64,000 nt of DNA. Origin: Pocillopora damicornis. Lineage: Eukaryota. The translations under genes and the position numbers were made by a program. The stretch is from NCBI RefSeq assembly GCF_003704095.1, contig NW_020844576.1, forward strand, positions 1 to 64,000, given 5' to 3'. Of this stretch, positions 1 through 12,200 are shown piece after piece. The notes beneath the pieces are model-generated. The model saw only the letters and a program-made list of their open reading frames with translations. It searched no databases and had not been told where the DNA came from. Every line of letters starts with the position of its first letter. Position 1 is the first letter of the stretch.

Positions 1-3000
1 CCTGTGCATCATCTGCATTTTGAACAAGTTCCTTCAAAATTTCCTTTTCACACGGATACTCTGTCAGAATACGACGAAGACGATTTGCAAGTTTCTCAGT
101 TTGACCACATGGAAGCCCAATCGCGTGAGATTGCAAAGCTTCTTCTCGACGTGTTTTAACTCCCACTAGTTGACAGGTTGGCCAAGGTATTCTATCGTTC
201 ACATAGTGCACGTCTGGTTCATCTCCAATCCAGGGGCAATTTCTAATGCAAAGGTCCGACACTGCTCTCATCACCCCTTTTGAGTCAGGAAGAAAAACGG
301 TCTCTTTTTGCACCTGCGATGGATTCATCTCAGAAACGTTCATTACTTCGCTCAATTGGAGTGTCAGGTTCACTGAAACTTGAAGGGTTTGTTCATCTAG
401 TTTAGTCTCTTCAAACTGACTCTTTATTTTCTGCAGGCTTGAAATGTAATCCTTTTCATCAAAAACTTCCTTTACCCCTGCTGCTTCCATCATCTCAGGG
501 AAAGTATCGGTAAGCTGCTGCGGCAGTCTGTAAAGATATGGTGCACAATCAGCCGTTAATTCAAATGCTACTTCCCTAGCAGAGAGAAACCTCCTCTCGA
601 CCAGAATGAAATTCTTTCCATGTAGAAATTTCATGCACTCATCACCATTGATTCCCACGGTTTTGTTAAGATATTTATAAGCTTCATGGCAAATACGGGT
701 TACTTCTTGATACTTGGTAACATTCAGCAAATTCACATTTGTGGACATTGCGCATTGGATCTGTTGAGTCACATGGCTTAAGGAGGCATCTTTTGTGTCT
801 AGCTTTAAACACTTTTCAACATTTCGTGGAAGGCTAATACCAACCAATGGCTCACTGCAACATACAAGGTACTTTTTATCTTGAAGGAACACTTCCTTTG
901 GTGAAAGCAACACTTGTTGCTTCCCTTGAAGAGCATCTCCTTTCCAGGGAAGTGGAAAGTTTTCTGGTTTTTTAAGAACGGGAAGAAATTTAGCCTGCAA
1001 AAGACGCTGATAGATTCCAGCTTGAAGTGAGTACTCTCGTCTTTTTGAGGATGGCGCCATTTTCATCTCCATTCTCTCCCTTTTTATCTTCCTCTCCATG
1101 AACCTCAATAGCTCCTTAACACGCTCTAATGCTGCATTAGGGTCGGTCATGTTTAACCGTTGGATACTCTCAGCTCTCTCTGCTACTTCACTCCATGGAA
1201 GATCATCTGAACACATTCCCAGCCCTTCAAGTTTGGTCAGTCTTTGAGGGCTGAGGTACGATGCCTCATTGCCAAAAGGAAACTTTCCTTCGTTAGAGGA
1301 GAACAATGCCGCTACCTCCTTTCTGGGGTTTACAAGTTGACTTGGGCACTTGAGAGTCTTGCCAGATGGTGATACCGGAATGCAGGCATGTGCCTTTATC
1401 AATGAGTCAAAATCGCGACCATTGTCTAACGCATGAAGCATCAAAAGGTCTCTAACGTTAACCGGAATTCTCAGCATGTGAGAAAAGAAGCACTGGCGAT
1501 AAAAAGCGACCTCGCTGTATTTCTTTTTGTTCGTTGTTCTCTCCTGATTGCTCTCTTCAAAAGACATCAATATATCAGACGGTAAATCAATAACCACTGT
1601 ATTTCGAGCAGATCTGTAATGGAGTTGAAGAACTTCAAACGCAGCATGTCCAATTTCAGATGCTTCGCGAAATTTTGGATCAAGGAAAACGATTTTGTTG
1701 ATGTCCACCCACTGACGTCCGTCAGAAAAAAGGGAGAAACCTCTATTGGCAACACTTTTGTAGAAGGACTTCATGAGGGACCTGCAGTTGTGTTGTACGG
1801 TCGAGCTCTTTGGCCACAGCAAATGGAACTGATAAGAATCTCCATGGGTAACAAGTGACTTGAGGTCGTCAAGAAGAGTTAAGTACGCGGAGCATACCGA
1901 GTCTTCCATGAGCACTTTGTTCCAATTAACTCCATGACATGATTTGTCATCCTCAACTTTCCTCTCTAAATTTCGTCTGTCAGCAGCTACAGCAAATGCC
2001 CCATTTATGTGCACTGGCAAACCACTGTGGATCGGAAGGGGAAGGTAGCAGAAAACAGAGCCGTTAACCTCTACGCCATCAATATTCTTAACGACAGGCG
2101 AAGGAACATACCCGTCAAGACCTCTTGAAATCAGCTGAACAGCTACTCCTGCCGACGGAACAAGGGTAGTATCATTATGATCCATGATGAAACTCATAGC
2201 CTCACCCCTGCCCATTGATGAGACAACAAGCCATGTCGTTTTCTCGTGCCCACAAGGAAGGCCACCACCAAAAAAGTCCACGCCTTTGTTGGTGACATTA
2301 CAGTCGATCTCTATGGTTACTGACGATTGTGGAGAATTGCTTACGTCATCTCTACCATTTCTTAGGTCCACCATAAATCTTGAGGCTACTTGAAGAAAGT
2401 TACTTTCTTGGAGAAGCCTCTTTTCCTCTTTGCTTAGCTTCCCTGCTGTGGTGGGTAGCGTGACAGAGGATGACAGCTCCCTTGGTATTCCAACCGAAGA
2501 AAGTGATTTTGTCACCTGAAATAGTAACAGGGATGCACCTGGAGGCGAAGTACGCGGCAAATTGTAAATTCCCACGCGGAGGATATTTTGTGAAAAAAGA
2601 AGCAAACTTTCGGCCCCTTCAAGGAACATTTGCAAAAGTTTTCGCATTTCGTGGTCGTTGTAATCCAACTGCTTAATCTCGCTTCTTTGAGCTTGCTCAC
2701 TCGTCCTCAATGGAAACCGGAAAAGAGTTCCCCGAAATGAGTTGTCTCTCTTACTTAGACGTAGGTCACAGCCAAAGATTCCATCAAAGGGCTTAAACTG
2801 CCCTCTATAGCGTGCTCTTAGGGCCTCTGGGTTCTTGTTGAGATCTATTTTAACACCTGGCTTCGCGGGGTTTTTTATGTGCCTTCCAAGATGTGACATG
2901 TGAGGGTCAAAAACTACGAAGTAGTTTCTGCTTAAAAACATGGGCACATCTGTTAAATTGTAGACTGCGTTGAAACCAAGTCCAAATTTTCCAATTTTTT

Positions 3001-3385
3001 CGGTGTGGTGCTCTTTTGTGGCTCCGCTTAATTTCTCAATGTTTTCAAAGTCCTTTTCCGTAAATTCGGCGTCATTGTAGACCCAGAGGGCAGGGCCCTG
3101 GCATTCTTTCATCCCTTCATCAAGCAGGTGGGTCATGGCATCGTTGTTAGCTCTTTCGTCGTATAGGAATCTCACTTCAGTGGCACCAGCGTCGTCGGCG
3201 TTTTGGACAAGCTCCTTAAGTACTGCAAATCCATCGGTGTACTGGTCTAGCAATCGTTTTAGTCGAGTAGTTATCTTTTCATATTGGCCGAATGCTTCTA
3301 TTGATGACTCCATGGGATCTAACACAGTTCTGGTCGAAGAGGTTGAAGCAGATGCAGGCCTGGAGAGAGCTGATGATCGCTTCAT
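1..3385 (-). CDS. SACS: Sacsin-like protein, 5' part only (about 1128 aa in window, continues beyond position 1)
   Basis: Hand translation from ATG 3385 gives MKRSSALSRPASASTSSTRTVLDPMESSIEAFGQYEKITTRLKRLLDQYTDGFAVLKELVQNADDAGATEV...QGPALWVYNDAEFTEKDFENI...KIGKFGLGFNAVYNLTDVP...GTLFRFPLR...GSVFCYLPLPIHSGLPVHINGAF, the HSP90-like sacsin repeat. A second repeat start, GLPCGQTEKLANRLRRILTEYPCEKEILKELVQNADDAQ, lies at 118..2 in the same frame. Frame spot-checked at about 2070, 1080 and 120, not codon by codon. Candidate splice acceptor ttgttcgtag ends at 3431. Missing from the ORF track because its stop is outside the window. The symbol denotes family, not proven orthology. Confidence 0.93.
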   Translation of the reverse strand, partial: MKRSSALSRPASASTSSTRTVLDPMESSIEAFGQYEKITTRLKRLLDQYTDGFAVLKELVQNADDAGATEVRFLYDERANNDAMTHLLDEGMKECQGPALWVYNDAEFTEKDFENIEKLSGATKEHHTEKIGKFGLGFNAVYNLTDVPMFLSRNYFVVFDPHMSHLGRHIKNPAKPGVKIDLNKNPEALRARYRGQFKPFDGIFGCDLRLSKRDNSFRGTLFRFPLRTSEQAQRSEIKQLDYNDHEMRKLLQMFLEGAESLLLFSQNILRVGIYNLPRTSPPGASLLLFQVTKSLSSVGIPRELSSSVTLPTTAGKLSKEEKRLLQESNFLQVASRFMVDLRNGRDDVSNSPQSSVTIEIDCNVTNKGVDFFGGGLPCGHEKTTWLVVSSMGRGEAMSFIMDHNDTTLVPSAGVAVQLISRGLDGYVPSPVVKNIDGVEVNGSVFCYLPLPIHSGLPVHINGAFAVAADRRNLERKVEDDKSCHGVNWNKVLMEDSVCSAYLTLLDDLKSLVTHGDSYQFHLLWPKSSTVQHNCRSLMKSFYKSVANRGFSLFSDGRQWVDINKIVFLDPKFREASEIGHAAFEVLQLHYRSARNTVVIDLPSDILMSFEESNQERTTNKKKYSEVAFYRQCFFSHMLRIPVNVRDLLMLHALDNGRDFDSLIKAHACIPVSPSGKTLKCPSQLVNPRKEVAALFSSNEGKFPFGNEASYLSPQRLTKLEGLGMCSDDLPWSEVAERAESIQRLNMTDPNAALERVKELLRFMERKIKRERMEMKMAPSSKRREYSLQAGIYQRLLQAKFLPVLKKPENFPLPWKGDALQGKQQVLLSPKEVFLQDKKYLVCCSEPLVGISLPRNVEKCLKLDTKDASLSHVTQQIQCAMSTNVNLLNVTKYQEVTRICHEAYKYLNKTVGINGDECMKFLHGKNFILVERRFLSAREVAFELTADCAPYLYRLPQQLTDTFPEMMEAAGVKEVFDEKDYISSLQKIKSQFEETKLDEQTLQVSVNLTLQLSEVMNVSEMNPSQVQKETVFLPDSKGVMRAVSDLCIRNCPWIGDEPDVHYVNDRIPWPTCQLVGVKTRREEALQSHAIGLPCGQTEKLANRLRRILTEYPCEKEILKELVQNADDAQ

Positions 3386-4978
3386 TTCCTTCCTTTTGAT
3401 TAACTTCAAGATCCCAACTTGGATCTCTAGCTACGAACAATTGCATAATTACACTCACTTCTTTGCCACTTAAGGATTACTGCAGTTTGTTACATAATAC
3501 CGCTCAACAACGAATAAAATCTAAGATGAATGGATATTAAATAAGGATGTATAGTGTTATGTAATGTCCAAACCCCAAGCCGAACAACTTGATGTGATAC
3601 TTTGTTTTGACAGTTAGTACACTTATAAAAGAGTTTTCTTGTATGAAAGAGCCTGTTTGATTTAATTTAGATATTATGCAGGGTGTTTTAATGATGTCTA
3701 AACAGTAGTCTCGATTTGGCGCGAACATTTACACACCGGTTCTCTCGCAAGCATTATCTGTTCCGAGATACGTATCTCAGTTTCAAGGGAAATTCCGAGT
3801 CTCCTCGCACGCCACGTTTGTTCAGTGTAATTCCGGTGTCTCTTACATATATATATTTTTTTCATTCAATCTTTTCTGACTCCTTCCCAGTGGATTGCAG
3901 AAGTTGAAGCGAGAGTATTAAAAAAAAAAGTTGATGCACACTTAGAGATAAAACAACTTTCCAAACATTTCACCCTCTTAGTCTTCAAGGCTATATCTAC
4001 TTCGTCTTGTTTCGAATCTTAAGCGTTTCGATCGAGCCATTTTTTATCAGAGATACCTGTAGTGAGGATTGAATGTCTGTTACCTCATTGGTTTGATATC
4101 TTTCACTGGCGGTGTCAATATAATATTCGTTCCTAAGCTAAGTTGTGCTTATGTCCAAAGTAAGTGCCTTGATTCATGCAACTACCATGGTCTTGCTTTT
4201 TCATTTGTTGAGCGAGGTATCTTTAATGCCTCAATATATTTTATCTCGCTTTTGAACGAGGCTCGTATCTACATTTGCTGTCGCTGATGGAAGTCCTACC
4301 TTACAGCAATAAATGATTAACTTCTAAATTGAATCAGTCAAGTTAACTCGAAAAGTCTAACTCGAACTTGACTAGACCAGTTTTTATCCTTCTCCAAGCC
4401 AGTCCTCACTAGGGGCCTAGGTTATCGAATTTACATTTTTTAAACATTCACGAAATTTTCTCAGTTGCATCCTACATATTCTTATGAAAAGATTCTTTGC
4501 ACCAAAAAAGTGTAGTTCCGATAGCATGAAGCAAGAAGAATGCGACATATCAACGGAGAGAGCATCTTAAAAGTTAAATCTGATTTACAGATAACCATAA
4601 CGAATCACTTTCGTTTACTATACTCACATACAAAGTGATGCTCGTCAACTTTAAACTCGGTTACTCATCTGAAAATCAAAACCATACGAATAATTATAAA
4701 GATATGGCATAAAATATTACCAGAAGAAATATAAATCCCCAATGGCTTAAAGAGATTTTCTACTCCATAAAATATAGGTGCAGCTTTACAACTCATGTAT
4801 GATTCACTTGGGAGGGTTTTTCCTCAGTTAGGAAGTGTGAAATCCCATGGCAACAACGCTCTTCTTCGTTTGTTTCGTTGGAAACCAAAGCACCCAACTG
4901 ACAATCACTCTTCTCGAAGAGCTTGAACTGTAAGCGTTTCATCGATTGTCTTCCTATGGGTGTCGCTCGTCCACTTAT

Positions 4979-5033
4979 AATTTACTGAAGTGTGTCGGTA
5001 TGACTCAGTCATATTGACACACTTCAGTAAATT
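4979..5033. repeat. 55-nt near-perfect palindrome/hairpin with a central AP-1 site
   Basis: aatttactgaagtgtgtc-gg-tatgact-c-agtcata-tt-gacacacttcagtaaatt. 27-nt arms whose only non-Watson-Crick positions are gg/tt (G-U in a plus-strand RNA). TGACTCA at 5001-5007. Confidence 0.9.
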
Positions 5034-7049
5034 CCGGAGAAACGCAATTTAGCAAAACATCATTTGCGGCAGTCGGCTCTATTCTCTTACTCCATTAGGA
5101 AAACGAGGAAACTATACTTTTCAAGGTGAATAATATTTTCTTCGTAAGGGGCGGGATCAGTTTGTAAACTTCAAACAAATATTGCAGTATTACTCGGAAG
5201 ATGAGTTGTACATAGAATTAAATATTCATGTAGATTCGGCTGTTATATCTAACAATGCCTACTAGTCTTCCTCATATTGTTCTCTTTTATCATGTTTAAA
5301 ATTTTAAAATATTGTCTTAAGCCAGACAATGCCATAATTACTCCTGACCACTACTAAATCCTAGGTTTGCTCAAGTCAAGAGCACTTACTTCAGTTCTGC
5401 TATCAATGGAGAGTTAGTCGAAATTCAATTGTCACAGCTTCATTGTGCTAATATCTGAAAAAAATCAAACACATTCAGGCTAGAAATTACGAATTGAACT
5501 ATCATTTGCAACGCCCAAAAGCTTCATAAAACAACTAAGAATATGTGGAAGTGAGGTACAGACAATTCTCTTAGTACTTGGGTCTGCGACTCAATCGTCC
5601 GAAAAAGATCTTCACAGACGAAAATTACAGCACGTTGTCCAAGAGACTTCTTCTGTCTACGGTATAAGTAATAACACCTCACGCCGGTTGCCAATAGGAC
5701 TCACTAAAGCTTGTCGAACGATTGCATCAGACAAAGGTTAAGAAATTAGCAGATTGTCAGGGTGGGATCCAAGTTAACTTTGAAGAAAGGTACAAAAAGC
5801 GACAAAAAACTGACAAAAAATAATAGTGTAAGAGCCAACAACATCTGCTGCATCTGATGGAAAGAAGCCTCTGGAAACGCTTGGTAATTTACATCAATAC
5901 GAAGCAGCAAGATCATAATCAGTTATTTATCAACATCATAATGAGTTTTGCACGAATCTCAATGTTTACTTAAAAATTTAGAACTTAACTTTCTCGGGCT
6001 TAATAATTTTTTAGTGTAACACAAAGACTTTTGAATGCCTGAAATGCAATTTTGAACAGGTCTAATAATACAAGAGGGTATGAAAATTCTGACAATACGA
6101 TGAGTTCCTTAATCATACACATGAGGAAATGACAAAACGAGGCTATTTATCGGTTCAAAAACACAGAGTTAATTTACACGGTTTCATATTGCATATTGTC
6201 AGTTCTAACATGTTCTCAGAACGTAGCCAAAATTCCGAGAAAACCATCGCATGTTTAAGCTGCGTCAGAGCACCTCGATATCAACATTTTGTCAACACAT
6301 CAGTACCTTGACGTGGTTGTTATCTGATCACTATAATCACAAGGATCGCTGGAGAAAAGTTCCGAGATTCCGGAAGTCCTTGTCCATCACACCGAGCGGT
6401 GTCGGCGACTGTCGGCGAATGCAAAGATAACTGAGGGAATGTCAACAAATAATCTAACTATGATTGCTGAACTTTTCTCAGCGACCGTGACGATCATGTG
6501 AAAACCAGCTCGATACATTTGTCATCCCTAAGTTTTAGCATCTTATATCAGATGCTGAGGAGCATTATCTCAACTGACAGCAATTGGATTTCACGTGACT
6601 AAGAATTTTACTTTCCTCGTTGCCTTGAGGTTCACAAACTTGAAGAACAGAAACCACCAAGTTTCTATTCATTAAGAAATTCACTCCTTAAAGGTAGACT
6701 GATACAAAAATTCTGTCACAATTCACCAACAACGGAAAAGACCGCTTCAAGTTTGAGGTATTCCAAGTGACAAAAACCTAGCCTAACGCGACGTCAAGAA
6801 TACTTCCCAAATTCATTCCGCAATTGTGGTACCAAATTGTTTAATAAATCTTTAATAAAAACATGCTTCAAAACCTTCCTACTTTGTTCTTCATTTGCAA
6901 CGCTGTCAGTTCATCAATAATTGCTGGCCACGAAGATAATTTGAATAAAAATTACCCTTACTAAGAATTCGAGGGTTAAAGAAAAATAAAAACGTGATTC
7001 TAGGAAAATAAGCAGCAACTTCCGGTTACGTCTTTTTCCCTGAGGAAGG

Positions 7050-7545
7050 AGGGGGGGGGGGGGGGGAGTAGGGACACTGTGGATCTCTCTTGGTAGGGAT
7101 CTAACATCCGTCTTTATAAATCCTGATCCTATTTCAGACCAGAAAGTTCCATTTCCACTTTCTGTCCGAGGACATGGCCTATGATTTCATTTTGGTTTTC
7201 AAACCTAACGTTTGAACGTTGCACTTGACTTACGAAGCGATTAAGATTTGTTGAAGTAAAGCGTTCATAAACTCTGCATCAATGCCAAAGCCAAGAATAA
7301 AACTCACACGAGAATTCGTCTGCTGGCAAATGGAATTTTTTTTCCTGGTTGCTATATCATTCATCGAGTGTATGTGTTCGCGTAGTTCCGTTGAAAATCA
7401 TTGTTTTTTTAATGACCATAAAGTTCAAACTCTTGACCCGTTTTCTGAAATATTCTTTGGGCTTTGTTTTTACATATAGAACTCTTGCAGAGAAGAAGCC
7501 TCCTCTCTCTTACCCGACGGGGCATCCTAATAATATACAGTTTAT
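7050..7545. mobile_element. Degenerate non-autonomous interspersed repeat with a poly-G start
   Basis: G-run followed by aaatcctgatcctatttcagacc...tacccgacggggcat. Resembles a coral repeat family from recall; boundaries approximate. Confidence 0.4.
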
Positions 7546-9220
7546 CATGACATACAGTATTTAGATGTCAGCCGCGGAACTGACAAAGAAAACTGAAATG
7601 ATGGGTAGTTCGCGTTCAACAGTCGACAGGTTCGAAATTCGGTAACATAAGGTTTAGTCGCTTTGGTATTTTCAGTTAGCTACACTGTAAAGCAAGCTTT
7701 TATGGGAATTATTTTTCTTTTAGTTGATTATCAGATAAAATGCATGTTGATTTCCTAAGCTTGAATTGCAAATTGAGATGCTTCTAGTTACTTATTAATG
7801 TTGTCTGCGAATGAAATACCGCGGAAGGAAACACACACTCAATACATCTGCTACCAATCAATATTCTTTAATTTCTAGCAATTCATCGTGTGCATTTTGA
7901 TTTCATAAAAAGACTTGAGATACAAGGTGGTGGCAAAACACAGCAAAACGCAGTAAATAGCGAAAACAACATCACCAAAGATGGAACGAACCTGCTTTCA
8001 ATACCTTGCGTCTATTGCGAAACATTGATCTGGACTGCGTTTAATTATAATGTAAAATGATCCTATAGGTTATTCGCATCCTTAGCTCTGGCGTAGCAAT
8101 CCCTTCCAGCCCACAGACAAGCCAGATGAATCTAGTCGTACCTCTCTTTGCGATATTTTGCAACATACGAGTATCTAACTCATCTTCTGTTTCCTTTCTG
8201 ACCAAAATCAAATAAAATTAATTTTGCAACGACTCGTCTTCATCACGTTCCATTTTAGCTTCAAAACATGCTGGCGTCTAAAAGTGATTCGCACGAGGAA
8301 CAGAATGATGATTTAACTATTTGAATCTCCAGAACAATATCTACTAGCTAAAATGTAGTTATGTGTATAATATTGATTTGATTCGACATGGCGTCGCTCT
8401 GGTCCATCACCACATTCTACAATACACCGACAAGCAACATGATTTCGCCGCACAGAAATCTTTTCCTCTCAGGATACTTAGCCATGTTCACATGTTACTC
8501 ACCTTTGTATAAAACGGACGAAGTAGTCCCAACCGACTTTCAATGATTTACGGAAACGTTCTGTCTTGATAGGGAATGAAGACCTTCTTCGAGTAAAGTA
8601 AATTTTCGGAAACTGTTGGGTGGTTTCCGACAGTACATATATGGGAAAACACAGTCATTTGCATTTCACGTGACCATCACCGATCCAAGATGGCGGATAC
8701 CCGGACGTGACATTAGATTGTCTTGTTACGCACCTCAAGAAAACCTTTGCCTCGCAAAATCGTTTTCGTTCTATGCATTAATAATTCTTTCACCATAAAA
8801 TGTGGTTCAAAGGGTATAGAAGTATCATTCCTGGATAGAGATATTGTGTCCTAAAAGGAGAATTTGAATCGTACGGCGTTCAATTAGCGTGTTTACGATG
8901 CTGTCTGCATGAAAGTACGTGAAAGGTGATAGCAAGTCGCTTACAAACTCTTCCAATTTGCTGAATGTTTACAAGGATACCTGTAACGATTATTGCTTAA
9001 GTCGCTCGGGTAAGAACCGAGACTATGAACTTTCAAATTAACCGTGAACAAAAAAGCAACGTCAGGAAGTATTCAAGCGTCTCCCAAATATTTTGCTTTC
9101 TATATTTTACCACAAGAAACAAAACATGAAAAAACAGACATAAGCGATTGAAGGCTTGATCATGTACATAATAATATTATCTGGGTTGGAGTATCAAGTC
9201 CAAACACCAAACGGAATACA

Positions 9221-12200
9221 TCAGCTGGGGGCGGAGTTCTGTCTAAATTGTCTCAGCCCCTGCAAGAAGATCTTCTTTGTTTGATCGATCATCTCTTGGT
9301 AAAATTTCAAGTCCTCTTCTTTGGCTTTCAGTGTGGAACTGAGTGCTTCTTTCAACGCGTCGTTTTCGTCTGTCTGGATGGTCAGCCTACACCAGAAAAC
9401 GAACAGATTCTATCGATCGAACCTGATAATTTTCATGTAAGTTTACGGCCGAATATGACCCTTACCGCAAAGAATTCACAGTATAAACGAAGGAAGCTTT
9501 CCCCTCACTTAAGGAAATATAAGACAAATCTCGAATATCGTATAGCATCGAAGTTCGGACACAAAAACACAGTCATCAAAAAGAGAGCTAATGGCTAAAT
9601 TAAGGTACGCTCCCTAGTACAACAGCACTATCAAAATTTTGGAAAGCTTTTGGCGTTTGTTCCTCATCAGAGCGAATTGTTACACAAGGTAGAAACTGAC
9701 TACTTTGTTCATTTGACAATGCCGTTGGCTCACCACGGATTTACTAAAATCGACCGAGTGAGGTATTCACGTTCCTTACCGAGTTGTAAGATCGTCCAAG
9801 TCCTCTGGTTTTCCTTGTCTTTCCTGTCCTGTGCCCCCGGACCCATACCCTTTGCCCCGCCCTTTAGCCACGCCTTGTCCCGACTGGACTCTACTCAGCT
9901 GCTTCTCCACGTGAACGACTTGACGTCGTTCCTGTTGCCATTTATTGATAGCCTCTAACTCACTGTTTTTAGCTTCATCGACCCTGAAAATATAGCACAC
10001 ATTTATATAATAAATCCAAAAGCAGTTAGCAAATGAAATTTTCAACATATGACCTCTCCTTTTTATATAGCGAATTTTACGTATGAAATAGAAAAGGAAA
10101 AAAAATAACCAACGAACGACGGTACGAAAAGCTGAAGGGGAAAAGTGTTCTAGTTCCGGTTGCAGGAGGATCGTGTGGCCCTATCTGCCAGCTAAATTGC
10201 TGAACGCCTGATTGACAATCACAGCAACCCCTACTTGTAAACCGATTTTCACCTTCAACACTTTGCAATCAGTTTCTTATTCACCGAATCATCCGTTAGT
10301 TTCCCAAACCACCGCAAATCCTTCGCGTTCCTACTGTCATAAATACCTTTGTGTAAATTACCTTTTCTGCAAGAGAGTAACCAGTTCTAGGAGCCGATCC
10401 CGCTCAACTTCAGCCGCCTGACACAGGGACTTGCTCTCATGTAGTTGAGATTTTAATAATTGGATCTCTTCACTGAAATAACCAAAATTGAGTAAAAACC
10501 AGCGGGCTGTTTCATTCTAAAGTAAATTACGGCTAAACAATGTTATAAGGAAGCCACTGGTTGACAAAATTTGAGGCAGTATTGCTGGTGCAGCTCTCAA
10601 CTTAGAGACACAACAAGATTTCTAAGAGACACAAAAAGGAAATTCTACGTTGATTGGTTAAAATTCTGCGAAACATCGTTTCTTGCTAGCCGATGTGGAG
10701 TTTTTCCTTTTCATTTTCTCATTCATCCTTTTGCTTTTATTTTCTTTCTTGCATAAAGTAACCAGTAGTACCACTTTTTACATACCTGCCTCCAACACTG
10801 TTCCGGCGTCCCCTACTTCCACGTCCACCACTTGGTGGTGTGGGGGGCAACTGGTATCCCTGTGCTGAATTCCTTTCCGACGTGCCACTCGCACTTCCTC
10901 GTGACATCACGTGTCGCCGAACTGGACTGCCAGGAACGGATGGACCTTGGGTCCTAACAGGCCCTTCTGAATGATACTGCGAAGGAGTCACCTGTCTTTT
11001 ATTTGACATGTAACTGTTATTTTGAAGTCCTACTCGCTCGGCCCTCTCCATATGGGGCCCGTTGGATAATGCTCCCTCCACATGGCCGTTTACCGGTAGT
11101 GGTCCTTTACAGACCGGCTCATGAGGGGCAGCATTTTCAAAAATATTGTTATTCAGCCTTTCTTCATTTGTCGGTAAGTCCTCTGTACCACATGCTACAG
11201 ATATTGTCTCGCGCTCGCATAGCTCCTTATATTTCGCGTTAGTGTTTTGCAGAGTTACTCTCGCCTTACTGAGTTCCTCTTCAAGCCGCTGTATCCGTCC
11301 ATCTCGCTCTTGGCATGCCAATGTAAGGTGTTCTATTTGCGCCTTGTCTTGTTGATTGTTCACTAGTTTAGGGGGTGAGGAAGCTTCCTTTTTAACTGCT
11401 GCACTCTTCAGCTGTTGTTGCTCCCTCTAAAACAAATGATATGACTCCATTAAGGTTAATTCCAAGATAACACAGGAGTAAAATCATCTTACCAGGAACA
11501 TTTGCAATCCAGAAGCAATCGCCACTCACAATGTCGGAGGAACATACCCTCTTCTTACTTCTTATTTCTTATGGTTGTTTGACTCCATTTGGAAAGGAAC
11601 GGGTGCAAGCCCCAGTCTGGTAACTTTGCTGTGCTCTTATAACAGACATTTCACTCTCACAATGTATCTCTCCACTATTGAGTACATTGGACAGCCAAAT
11701 AACTGTCATTTAGCAAACTCGGAAAATACATGTACTAACTGGGGTTATGTGCGATGAACTATCAAGCCATGCAGCAGAAGGAGCGAAACTCCTTGCCATG
11801 TTAACGCAACAGATAGATCGATTGGCTCCAGAAGTTATTGGTTATTGATACTGGGCTCGTGAAGTTCAACCCCATTTGTAAAACACTACCAGAGAGTTCT
11901 TCTCAAGTAAATCTCCACTAACCAAAAACACGTAGGTTGACCGCGCAGTCAACCTTTCCTGCATAAGCGCAAAGTAATTACAGCAACAATAATAAATACA
12001 AAGAGCTACGCATTCATTCGTTGAACAGACCATAAGAGCTGCAATAAGTTCATCATCGTGAGCTCCTTTCTCTAGTAGAGTTTGTACTTGAGCCTTCAGT
12101 CCCTTCAGTTCACTAGCCAGCACCTTATTGCGCGCTTTAGCGGCGTCGTGTTTCTGTTGTAATTTGGTGTGTTCTTGGTCCAAACTCTCTAACTCCGCCT

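Noticed and set aside
1567-3473. Short ORFs on both strands in the ORF track
   Set aside because: They are antisense or off-frame shadows of the sacsin CDS.
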